Source: an uncultured Acidobacteriota bacterium (GTDB taxonomy: Bacteria; Acidobacteriota; UBA6911). Taken from it: DNA of 64,000 nt. Positions within the stretch are counted from its first letter, which is position 1. Each line of letters opens with the position of its first letter. Under the pieces are notes generated by a model that was not told where the DNA came from, searched no databases, and saw nothing but the letters and a program-made list of their open reading frames with translations. A program made the translations under genes and the position numbers. Of this stretch, positions 28,635 to 37,809 are shown in pieces. Where the stretch lies: assembly GCA_963827655.1 (NCBI GenBank), contig CAWHCF010000010.1, positions 32,001 to 96,000 of the forward strand, given 5' to 3'.

Positions 28635-29681
28635 ATGGATGCGGAATCAAGATTCCTGCGGGCCGGCCGGCTTCAAATAACCGACAGTACGCCGGTCTGG
28701 TTCATGCGGCAGGCAGGCCGCTATCTGGCCGAGTATCGCAAGATCCGAGAGAAGTGCGGTCTTCTGGAGATGTTCAAAACGCCGGAGATCGCGGTCGAAG
28801 TCACGCTGCAGCCCTTGAAGATCTTGCCCGTCGATGCCGCGATTATCTTTGCCGATATCCTCCTCCCGCTGGAACCTATGGGGATAGCCCTGGAGTACTC
28901 GAAAGACGAAGGTCCAGTGATCCACAACCCCGTGCGGACGGGCGCCGACGCGCGCGCGCTTCGCGTGCCCGATCCTGAAGAGGAACTCGGTTATGTTCTC
29001 AGCAGCCTCCGGCTCGCGCGGGCCGAGCTCAACGGCAGGGTTCCATTGATCGGCTTCGGAGGAGCTCCCTTTACCCTGGCGAGCTACATGATCGAGGGGG
29101 GGACCGGACGGAATTACCTGATGACCAAGAAGTTGATGTATGGAGAGGGAGACACCTGGTCGGTTCTGATGACCAAAGTGGCGCAGACGATCAGCCGGTA
29201 TCTACTCGCCCAGGTGAAGGCGGGCGCTCAGGTCATCCAGTTATTCGATTCATGGGTGGGATGCCTGAGTCCCTCCGACTACCGGGAATATGTCTTGCCC
29301 TATTCCAGAATGGTTTTTCAAGCCCTCGAGGAACAGGGTGTACTCTCGATACATTTCGGCACTGGAACGGCCGACCTGCTCCCCTGGATGCGGCAAGCGG
29401 GGGGCGATGTCATCGGCGTAGACTGGCGGACGCCGCTGGATGATGCCTGGGCTCGCGTGGGCGATGGAGCCGGCGTTCAGGGAAATCTCGATCCGGCCAC
29501 ATTGATGGCTCCCTGGACCGTTGTGCGAGAACGAGCGCGGGAGATCCTCGATCGCGCCGGGGGTCGTCCCGGTCACATTTTCAACCTCGGCCATGGAATT
29601 CTGCCTCAAACCCCCGTGGACTCAGTCAAGGCGCTGGCAGACTTCGTGCACGAGTACACGTCGGTTAGCCGTGATCACTGA
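28635..29681 (+). CDS. hemE: Uroporphyrinogen decarboxylase
   Basis: PVWFMRQAGRY, AAIIFADIL, IGFGGAPFTLASY, QGNLDP, IFNLGHG. Confidence 0.97.
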   Translation: MDAESRFLRAGRLQITDSTPVWFMRQAGRYLAEYRKIREKCGLLEMFKTPEIAVEVTLQPLKILPVDAAIIFADILLPLEPMGIALEYSKDEGPVIHNPVRTGADARALRVPDPEEELGYVLSSLRLARAELNGRVPLIGFGGAPFTLASYMIEGGTGRNYLMTKKLMYGEGDTWSVLMTKVAQTISRYLLAQVKAGAQVIQLFDSWVGCLSPSDYREYVLPYSRMVFQALEEQGVLSIHFGTGTADLLPWMRQAGGDVIGVDWRTPLDDAWARVGDGAGVQGNLDPATLMAPWTVVRERAREILDRAGGRPGHIFNLGHGILPQTPVDSVKALADFVHEYTSVSRDH

Positions 29682-29684
29682 ACC

Positions 29685-31057
29685 TGTCGATGGCGAATTG
29701 CTAATTTGGGGCATTTCTTGGATTTCGCGCTCTGTTACGATGCTCTGTCATGCGTGATCTAGCTGTACTTTTCATCCATCTCATTACGACGATCGCCCGA
29801 CTCGCAGGTCCCGGCGGCGCGCGTTCTGTGGTCGCCGAATCTGTTCTGGTCAAGCAGCAGCTCCTGATCCTGAATCGTTCCCGACACCGTTCACCCAATC
29901 TGCGCGTCTGCGATCGCGTCGTCGCCGGCTTGTGTGCTCTCCTCATGCGCCCCGGCCGCCTGATCCGTTCCGCAATCGTTTTGAAACCGTCAACTCTCTT
30001 GAGCCTTCATCGAGCGCTGAAGAACCGTAAGTACCGGCTACTGTTCTCGCCCAAACTGCGGAAGAAGCCGGGCCCAAAAGGACCGAGCCCAGAAGTCATT
30101 GCAGCGGTTGTCCAAATGAAGCAACGGAATCACCCTCTGCCACCCGCGCATGCCGTTCCAACGTGGGGCTGTCCGCGTATCGCCCAACAAATCGCTTTGG
30201 CTTTCAATATTCAAATCAACAAGGATGTGGTTCGGCGGATTCTCGCTGCTCGTTACCAACCAGAGCCAGACTCGGCTGGTCCTTCATGGCTCACTTTCCT
30301 AGGTCACATGAAGGACAGCCTTTGGAGCCTCGACCTCTTTCGATGCGAATCCGCAACCTTGCGGACACATTGGGTTCTGGTCGTGATGGACCAATTCACG
30401 CGGCGCATTGTTGGGTTTGGTGTTCACGGCGGCATCGTGGATGGAGTGGCGCTATGCCGGATGTTCAATCGAGCGATTCGCGGGCAAAGTCTGCCAAAAT
30501 ACCTCAGCTCGGATCATGATCCGCTGTATCGGTTCCACCAATGGCAAGCCAATCTTCGAGTACTCGAGGTGACGGAAATCAAGACGGTGCCTTACGTGCC
30601 GCTCTCGCATCCGTTCGTAGAACGCCTTATCGGTACGGTTCGGCGCGAATACCTCGACCGGATTCTATTCTGGACCACGGCAGATCTGGAGACGAAGCTA
30701 CTCGATTTCCAACATTACTATAACAGTCATCGAACGCATGCCGGCCTGGACGGGCGCACGCGGAACCGAGCCTTGACGCATGTCGCTCACATGCAAGTTT
30801 CAGGTCATACCGATGGCAGCAGCATTGTCGCGGACTCTATCAAACGCCAATAGCGGCATGAAGCTCTGCAGTGGTGAGCGTCAGGCAAGTGAATAGGACT
30901 GAGCAATGGCTCAGCGCGTCGGACTAACACGTTCGCCTTTGAATAGCCCGGTTTCAACCTGGTTGCCGCGTTTGAAAATCGGAAAATCGAAGGATTGCGA
31001 CAATTCGTCCTGGACGCGTGGATGGAAATGACGGCAATTCGGAATTCGCCAGGAACA
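29685..31057 (+). mobile_element. Insertion sequence with TGT...ACA ends (IS481-like, rve integrase transposase)
   Basis: Left end TGTCGATGGCGAATTGCTAATT and right end AATTCGGAATTCGCCAGGAACA are imperfect inverted repeats; no clear TSD. Confidence 0.7.
29750..30853 (+). CDS. Integrase-core (DDE) transposase; C-terminal frameshift likely
   Basis: WGCPRIA, WSLDLF, LSSDHD, FVERLIGTVRRE, YYNSHRTH; alternative-frame tail YRWQQHCRGLYQTPIAA. Confidence 0.88.
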   Translation: MRDLAVLFIHLITTIARLAGPGGARSVVAESVLVKQQLLILNRSRHRSPNLRVCDRVVAGLCALLMRPGRLIRSAIVLKPSTLLSLHRALKNRKYRLLFSPKLRKKPGPKGPSPEVIAAVVQMKQRNHPLPPAHAVPTWGCPRIAQQIALAFNIQINKDVVRRILAARYQPEPDSAGPSWLTFLGHMKDSLWSLDLFRCESATLRTHWVLVVMDQFTRRIVGFGVHGGIVDGVALCRMFNRAIRGQSLPKYLSSDHDPLYRFHQWQANLRVLEVTEIKTVPYVPLSHPFVERLIGTVRREYLDRILFWTTADLETKLLDFQHYYNSHRTHAGLDGRTRNRALTHVAHMQVSGHTDGSSIVADSIKRQ

Positions 31058-31124
31058 CCATGGATGCCGACATTCGGCTCGTCGCGCTTCTTTGGAGTAA
31101 CATGCGAAACCTCAGGAGGCCCCA

Positions 31125-32750
31125 ATGGAATGCCACGAGTGCGGCGCTGCAGTGTCAGTGGACGCAAAATTTTGCTGGAGTTGCGGTGCCCCCATCCAGA
31201 CGCTGCACTCTGTAACCGATCCGCTCCGCGTCGCTTTGGAAAAAGCCATAGGTTTTCAGTATCGAATCGAGCGTCTCCTGGGGCGTGGGGGGATGGGTGC
31301 AGTTTATCTGGCGCACGAACTGGCTCTTGACCGAGATGTCGCGATTAAGGTCTTGCCTCCAGAACACGCCGGTGCCGCTCAGTTACGAGACCGATTCCTC
31401 CGTGAAGCGCGTACGGCTGCTCGACTGAATCACCCGAACATTGTTCCCCTGTACACCTTCGGTGAAGTTCATGGCCTTGTCTTTTTCGTGATGGGCTACG
31501 TTCCTGGCGAGTCGCTCGCTTCGCGACTGACTCGGGGAGGCCCCCTTGCATCCGACGAAGTGAGGCGGCTGCTTGCCGAACTCGCGGATGCGTTAGCGTA
31601 TGCGCACCGGCTTGGCGTCATTCATCGCGACGTTAAGCCGGATAACATCCTGATTGACGCCGATACCGGCTCTCCCCGCTTAACGGATTTCGGAATTGCA
31701 AAGGCCTCGTTTACCGATGCGAGGCTCACGCTCGAAGGTCAGTTAATCGGCACGCCAGCCTATATGTCGCCGGAGCAGGCGCTCGGGCACACGGACATCG
31801 ACGCGCGCACCGATATCTACTCGCTGGGGATTGTGGGGTTCCAGTTGGTATCGGGCCGCCTTCCGTTCGAAGCGGCTGCTCCAGTGGACGCCCTAAGGCA
31901 GCGACTCACGACACAACCGCAGCGACTCCGCATCGTGGTGCCGAGCGTCGCGGAAGATCTGGCTGTCGCGATCGATCGATGCCTGGAACGGGATCCCTCG
32001 AAACGGTGGCCCGACGCAAAGAGTTTGAGATTTGCGTTGGCTCCAACGGACGATGAAGCGGATGATCCCCTGTTCGTGAGGAATCTCCGGATGGGCATCC
32101 TCATGATCACACTAGCCGCACCCACCCTCTTATCGTCAACGGTGTTCGCGTGGTTCTACCCCGGGATGGTCCGCCGCCTGGCGGCTTCACTTGCGGGTAT
32201 CGTTGCTGGGTTCCTTCTGATGACTCTCGTTTCCACCGTGCTGTTGCTTCGCCAGGGATTCGGTTTGCGAGCCACCGTTCAAGCCGCCCTTCGTCAACCG
32301 CGAGGCTGGAGGTTGTGGTACCCAAAGCGATTCCGCCGTCGAGGTGATGTGTACGATCGCCTTCTGGCCCCGATCTCGCGAGTCCGTCTCCACTTCGCCC
32401 TGCTTTTCGGTTTCATGTTCGGGATTTACTTTCCCCTGCTCATCGGATTGGCAGCGACACAGGGGTTGGAAGCGATCTCGGGCCTGCAGTTTGTCCCGAT
32501 GGTCCTGGTTGTTTTGGCCTTCATCGAGCGTCGGCGAACGGTGAAGCAGATCGCGGCAATGCTGGGAACTACTCCGGCGGAAGCCTCGAAGATTATCAGC
32601 ACACCGACATGGAGGACCTCCGTCTGGCAACGCGATCCTGCGGCAAAGCTGATTCGTCGAGAACCTGGTGCCCCGGCTGGAACCCTGGTGCAAACTCCCG
32701 TCACGGCAACCGCAACCATGGAGTCCGGCGACCGTCCCACGGTGGGTTAA
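31125..32750 (+). CDS. Hanks-type Ser/Thr kinase with N-terminal zinc ribbon and C-terminal TM helices
   Basis: CHEC...CWSC; GRGGMGAVY, VAIK, HRDVKPDN, DFG, YMSPEQ; about four hydrophobic segments. Confidence 0.93.
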   Translation: MECHECGAAVSVDAKFCWSCGAPIQTLHSVTDPLRVALEKAIGFQYRIERLLGRGGMGAVYLAHELALDRDVAIKVLPPEHAGAAQLRDRFLREARTAARLNHPNIVPLYTFGEVHGLVFFVMGYVPGESLASRLTRGGPLASDEVRRLLAELADALAYAHRLGVIHRDVKPDNILIDADTGSPRLTDFGIAKASFTDARLTLEGQLIGTPAYMSPEQALGHTDIDARTDIYSLGIVGFQLVSGRLPFEAAAPVDALRQRLTTQPQRLRIVVPSVAEDLAVAIDRCLERDPSKRWPDAKSLRFALAPTDDEADDPLFVRNLRMGILMITLAAPTLLSSTVFAWFYPGMVRRLAASLAGIVAGFLLMTLVSTVLLLRQGFGLRATVQAALRQPRGWRLWYPKRFRRRGDVYDRLLAPISRVRLHFALLFGFMFGIYFPLLIGLAATQGLEAISGLQFVPMVLVVLAFIERRRTVKQIAAMLGTTPAEASKIISTPTWRTSVWQRDPAAKLIRREPGAPAGTLVQTPVTATATMESGDRPTVG

Positions 32751-32983
32751 GCAACAACACGTCTATGCCCAACAGGTTCGCGATACCCCAGACGCGAACA
32801 GTCCAGTCGCTCCACTCGAAGGTCTGGCGGAGACGGATGCTTCTGGGCGGTACCGGCTTGAACTCCCTCAGGGCGTTACCATCTCCGGGCAGCGGCTGGG
32901 CAAACTGCACCCCAGGGTCGCCCAATCGAATGTTGAGGTGGGAAGCGATTCGTGTGAGAGTGCAACGCGCGATGGAAGGAGCG

Positions 32984-33463
32984 TGTCCCTGGCGAATTAA
33001 TAATTGCGGCTAGAATCCGCTTCTTTACTCTTTCTGGTAACATTCGGAATGCGCGATCTCATCCTCCTATTCGTCCATGTCCTCGCCACTTCTATTCGTC
33101 TCGCTCGGCCCGGAGGCGTGCGGTCCGTTCTCGCCGAGTCCGTTCTGCTTAAACACCAATTGCTGATTTTAAATCGTTCCCGCCGCCGGGCACCGAATCT
33201 CCGGGCATCGGACCGGTTGATCGCTGGATTGTGCGCTCTATTTGTTCTGCCAAGACGGCTGGTTCGGTCGGCAGTCGTGATGAAACCGTCAACCCTGTTG
33301 AATTTCCATAACGCGCTGGTTCGTCGAAAATACCGGCTGCTGTTTTCCCCAAAACACAGAGCGAAACCCGGACCGAAAGGCCCAAGTCTGGATCTTATTC
33401 GTGCCGTTATTGAAATGAAGCAGCGTAATCCCCGTTGGGGATGTCCCTCGCATTGCCGAGCAG
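32984..33463 (+). mobile_element. Second, truncated copy of the same IS family
   Basis: Left end TGTCCCTGGCGAATTAATAATT; MRDLILLFVH...PGGVRSVLAES homologous to the ORF at 29750; breaks after WGCP. Confidence 0.8.
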
Positions 33464-34290
33464 AGCATCGACGGCAGCGCGGTCAGGGGCCAAAACCGTC
33501 CGATCCCGCTCCGCAAGAAAAAACTTCTGCTCGCCAGAGTCCCCGAACTCGCGCCCTACATCGAGGCCGCGCCACGGTGCCGCTACGGCGATTGCTCCGG
33601 CTCGTGGACGACTATCCCCGCTCGGTCCTGTTGGAAGCCATCCAGTCTAGCCTGCTCAATATGGCCTCTATGACCTGGAGCGGGTAGAAACCATGATCCT
33701 GCGCAAGCTTGCGCGAGAATACTTCCAGATCAAGCCACACCAAGCAGCGAGGACGAGGATGAGTGAAGACATTAAGCAACTTCTGAAAGAATCTGCACCT
33801 CCAGAAGATGGTCGAGATCATCGATGCCGAACTCGAGGCCGCCCGGAAAAACTCCCCGTCCTATACTGATTTCCTCGCACGACTTCTCCGCGGGCCGAGT
33901 GGCTCGATCAGCACAAAAGCGTGTGCAATCCCGCATCCAGCAGGCACGCATCCCGGAGCTTTGGACTCTGGAGTCGTTCCCGTTCAAGAATCAAGCCGGC
34001 GTTTCACGCCCCATATCCCCGAGCTTGCGGAACTCGAGTTCATCCCCAAAGCGGAGAACATCGTTCTGATCGGCAATACAGGCGTCGGCAAGACGGGTTT
34101 GACCTCGGGGTTGTTGCTGAAGGCCTTACAAAATGGCTATCGAGGCTTGTTCATCAAGGCGCAGGACCTGTTCGACGATATGTACGCCTCGATCGCCGAT
34201 CGCTCCTCGCGCAAACTCGTTAAACGCCTGGGCAACGTCGACGTCCTGCTAGTCGATGAAATGGGCTATTTAAACCTGCGCCCCGAGTTT
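33464..34290 (+). pseudogene. istB: IS21-family remnant: istA 3' fragment plus frameshifted, truncated istB ATPase
   Basis: YGLYDLERVETMIL-type IstA tail; from ATG 33759 SYTDFLARLL, Walker A GNTGVGKT, Walker B LLVDEMGY; ends abruptly. Confidence 0.8.
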
Positions 34291-34296
34291 TTTGTT

Positions 34297-35433
34297 TCAC
34301 AAAACAGGCCAGTTCAGCGCCGTGTCGCGGCGCGCGTTGAGCCTGTCCTTGTCGTACAACAGTTCCACATCGACGACGCGCACCGGATTACTCAATACCG
34401 ATAGCGGCGCCGTTGTGATGCGGCCTCCCTGCACGGCGACCATTTGCCCGTACTCCTTACGCATCAAGAGGTCCACGGCGCTTATCCCGAAGTAGTGGCC
34501 CATCTTCACATCGAAAGCCGAGGGATCGCCGCCACGCTGCAAGTATCCGAGTCTTTCGGCGAAGGTATCGAGGCCGGTGCGCTTCTTTATCTGGTCGGCC
34601 AGAATCTCGCCCACACCCCCGAGGTGCGCGTGTCCGAAGGAGTCGACCTCGAAACTCCGCGCCACAATCTCGCCGCCGGCCTCTTTGGCCCCCTCGGCCA
34701 CGACCAGAAGTGTGTAACGCGACTTGAGTTTCTTGCGCGCGTTCAACAGCTCCAGAAGTTTGGTCAGTTCAAAGTTGTATTCCGGAATCAGGATGAAGTG
34801 CGCGCTGCTCACCATTCCTCCCGCCATGGCGAGGAATCCCGAGTGGCGGCCCATGACCTCGACAACGGCTGTCTTTCGGTGCGAGCCCGAAACGGTGCGC
34901 GCATGGTCGATCAGCAACTTGATGTTGTTGACCGCAGTGTCGAAACCGAGTGAGTATTCCGTGCCTGGCAAATCTAAATCGATGGTCTTGGGAATTCCGA
35001 CCACCGGAATGCCATAGGCCTGGTACAGCCGGTTGGCCACTCCGAGAGTATCCTCGCCTCCGACGGCAACCAGGGCCTGGAGCCCGATCGATTCTATGTT
35101 GCGAGCCACGGTCGCGCTCTCGTCGCGGCTCTTCCCATCCTTGCCTTTGACATTGAAAGGATTGGTGCGGGATGTGCCAATGGCCGTGCCCCCGTCGCGA
35201 TCGATCTTGCGGACCATGAAATCGGTGAGTACCTGCACGTAGCGCTCATCCCCCATCCCTTTTCCGGGGTCGAGCATCAGAAGGCCTTCCCATCCTTCCT
35301 TGATCGCGACTACCTCCACTTCAACGCCATCCCTTTGTCGATGAATGGCGCCGTAAACGACCCACTTGATGGCGGCATTGAGGCCGGCGCAATCTCCGCC
35401 GCCGGTCAGAATTCCTATTCTCATTTTTGCCAT
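34297..35433 (-). CDS. pfkA: 6-phosphofructokinase (PfkA family, PPi-type signature)
   Basis: TGGGDCAGLNA, GGEDT, PKTIDLD, EVMGRH, LGYLQRGG. Confidence 0.9.
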   Translation of the reverse strand: MAKMRIGILTGGGDCAGLNAAIKWVVYGAIHRQRDGVEVEVVAIKEGWEGLLMLDPGKGMGDERYVQVLTDFMVRKIDRDGGTAIGTSRTNPFNVKGKDGKSRDESATVARNIESIGLQALVAVGGEDTLGVANRLYQAYGIPVVGIPKTIDLDLPGTEYSLGFDTAVNNIKLLIDHARTVSGSHRKTAVVEVMGRHSGFLAMAGGMVSSAHFILIPEYNFELTKLLELLNARKKLKSRYTLLVVAEGAKEAGGEIVARSFEVDSFGHAHLGGVGEILADQIKKRTGLDTFAERLGYLQRGGDPSAFDVKMGHYFGISAVDLLMRKEYGQMVAVQGGRITTAPLSVLSNPVRVVDVELLYDKDRLNARRDTALNWPVL

Positions 35434-35452
35434 ACATTCCTCGCGGAGACTG

Positions 35453-35725
35453 CTAGTCAAAGACGACGGTCTGAAGGGAGGTTATTTCGATGGTTTTGCC
35501 GCAACGTGGATTCTTGCAGCGCAGTTTGTCGTCCAGACGGATTCGGTAGTCGCGGGCTTTGGCGAACCTGGCCCGGTCTCGCTCATCCGCGCGGGGGGGC
35601 AGCGCTCGTTTCTTGGTCCGATGGCGCCATCTTATCGGGTATTCGAGAGTCTCACGGCACTTGGGACAATAGATCTGGGCAGCAACTACATCGTCTCTTT
35701 CATCGAAAAAGTCCCGCTCTTCCAT
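35453..35725 (-). CDS. Small putative zinc-ribbon protein
   Basis: CPKC ... CKNPRC; 90 aa; 19 nt upstream of pfk. Confidence 0.75.
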   Translation of the reverse strand: MEERDFFDERDDVVAAQIYCPKCRETLEYPIRWRHRTKKRALPPRADERDRARFAKARDYRIRLDDKLRCKNPRCGKTIEITSLQTVVFD

Positions 35726-35877
35726 TCCTCAGGATCCCTCTCGCAGAAGACCATCTGGCCGCCAGTTGGCCGGGATGGACCGCGAGGAAGGGGTTATTAT
35801 ATTTCACACGAAAATCTCCGTCATGTAGAATGCGTCTTCGCAGCTTGGCGGACGCTAAACAAGCGCGAATCATTATC

Positions 35878-36618
35878 ATGAGTATTCTGGATAGTCTCTT
35901 CAGCCGGAACGCCGGGCCTTCGGCTTTTCGATTACGCCGCGCACTGAAGCACGCGACCGAGACTCATGGCGATCCGGCGACCCGCGTCGCGGCGCTGGAC
36001 CGCCTGGCGGGATGGGGAACACCCGAAGCGATCGCAGCGCTGCTGCGCCGCTTCACCATCCAGGTGCCTCAGGGAAGCATGGACCTGGAGGAAAAGCAAT
36101 ACACGGTGCGCCTTCTGGCCCAGATGGGAAAGCCCGCCGTGGAGCCAATCCTGCGTTATCTTCATTCCCAGGGAGAAGTAACCTGGCCGGTGCGCGCCTT
36201 GCGCGAGATCCTTCCCCCGGAAGAATTCCACGCCGCCCTCAAAAACGTGTTGGATAGGTTGGGCTCAGGATACACGCGCTGGCCTGAAGCCAAGACTGTG
36301 CTCATCGCCCATCTACCGGACGAAGCGTTTCCGATGATGCGCGAGACGGTCCTCAGGATTCTCGAAGATGAAAATGATGACGTCTGTATCGCCGCCGCCG
36401 ACTACCTGGCCCGCAACGGGGATGATGAAGTACGAGAGCATCTGATTGAAGCGTTCCTGAATTCCGAGTCTCGTCCTCGAGTACGCGGCCGAATTCTCGA
36501 CCACTTCTGCGATCGCGAGTGGCCGGTAAAAGGGTACCGGAAGAAGGTCGAAGAGGCGATACCGGAGCCCTTCTATCTCACCTCCAGGGGCACGGTGAAG
36601 CGCCGCTCGATCTCGTGA
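35878..36618 (+). CDS. HEAT-repeat-like protein
   Basis: Helical repeats RVAALDRLA, GKPAVEPIL, DENDDVCIAAADYLA. Confidence 0.75.
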   Translation: MSILDSLFSRNAGPSAFRLRRALKHATETHGDPATRVAALDRLAGWGTPEAIAALLRRFTIQVPQGSMDLEEKQYTVRLLAQMGKPAVEPILRYLHSQGEVTWPVRALREILPPEEFHAALKNVLDRLGSGYTRWPEAKTVLIAHLPDEAFPMMRETVLRILEDENDDVCIAAADYLARNGDDEVREHLIEAFLNSESRPRVRGRILDHFCDREWPVKGYRKKVEEAIPEPFYLTSRGTVKRRSIS

Positions 36619-36637
36619 CTGCGGTCTAAATCCTTTT

Positions 36638-37535
36638 TTATCCAGCTCTCAATTTTGTCCCGAGAAAAGTCTCCAGAGTCTGGTTGAAGGTCTGAGGCTT
36701 CTCGAGAAAAAGCGCGTGCCCCGCCTCGGGTACGATCTCGAGCTTCGATTTGGCAATTTTGCCTTGCATGAATTCACCGAGAGCGCGGCTTTCCGGTGTG
36801 ACCATGATCAGGGTAGGAGTTGTAATGCGCAGCAGGGCGGGACGGCGGTCGCCTGAAAACAGGTCGAAGAATAATGCCATGGCAGTTCCTACCGGCGTCT
36901 TCAAGCTCCCGTCCATGGTCTCCTTGTACAAAAGCTCCGACTGTTTCGACTTGAACATCGAGCGCGCAAATTGATTGGCGAACTTGGGGCGGTCTTCTTG
37001 AATCTTCATCACAAGGTCTCTCCCCTGCTGCGCCGTGTATCCGCAGGGTAATCGGGCTGCTTCAAGAAGGCCGGAAATCCATCCACCAGCACCAGGTGAT
37101 CCGGTTGAATAGCTTCTGAGCTCGAGACGTACTCCAGCAGGGTTACGACGCCGCCGACCAGCCCACGAGATCGGCATGTTGCATGTTCAACGTCTTGAGG
37201 AACGCATGCAGATCGGCCGCATGCTGTTGATACGTGTTACCTGCTTCTGTTTTGGTCGTCAGACCCTGGCTGCGCGGATCGAGGGCGACGACACGAAATC
37301 CTCGCGCCGCGAAATAGGGGATCTGCTCCCTCCAGATCTCAGCCGTCATGGTCCATCCTGGAATGAAAACCAGGTTGCGCTCGCCCGCGCCCGCTTCCAG
37401 ATAGTGGACCTTGATATCGCCGATCTGGACGTACATGTCCTTCCAGGATTTCTTGTCCGCCCCTGATGCCAGAACGCCGGACGCAAGAGACAGAATAAGG
37501 CAATGACGCAGCCACGAAAGTCGGGAACGACGCAT
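36638..37535 (-). CDS. Secreted alpha/beta hydrolase (frameshift near 37148)
   Basis: FIPGW, DPRSQG, nucleophile GWSA(G), C-terminal AGHALFLEKP. Confidence 0.85.
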
Positions 37536-37617
37536 AGGAGGGCTCCCTTCTCACGAGTCAGCCGATGTTACAGTACAAAATCGCCCGGTGCAAATCCAAG
37601 TAATTCGCGGCTGCGAA

Positions 37618-37652
37618 CACCCGAAGACACGAAGACACAAGGAAACACCAAG
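37618..37652 (+). repeat. Dispersed 9-bp-periodic repeat copy
   Basis: CACCCGAAGACACGAAGACACAAGGAAACACCAAG. Confidence 0.75.
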
Positions 37653-37809
37653 AATCCTGACCACCCCTTGCCTTTGCGCGGAGCATTCTGCTATGCTCGA
37701 CTCAGTTCGATACGAAGGGATTCAAGAAACTGATCCAGTTGCACCTGCTGAAGGGGGTGACCCGGGCAGGCCTCCCAGGCAGGTTGGGTTTCACAGCGAA
37801 GGAGATCCT

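Noticed and set aside
29678-31064. Target-site duplication for the IS
   Set aside because: The flanks TGAACC and CCATGG share only CC.
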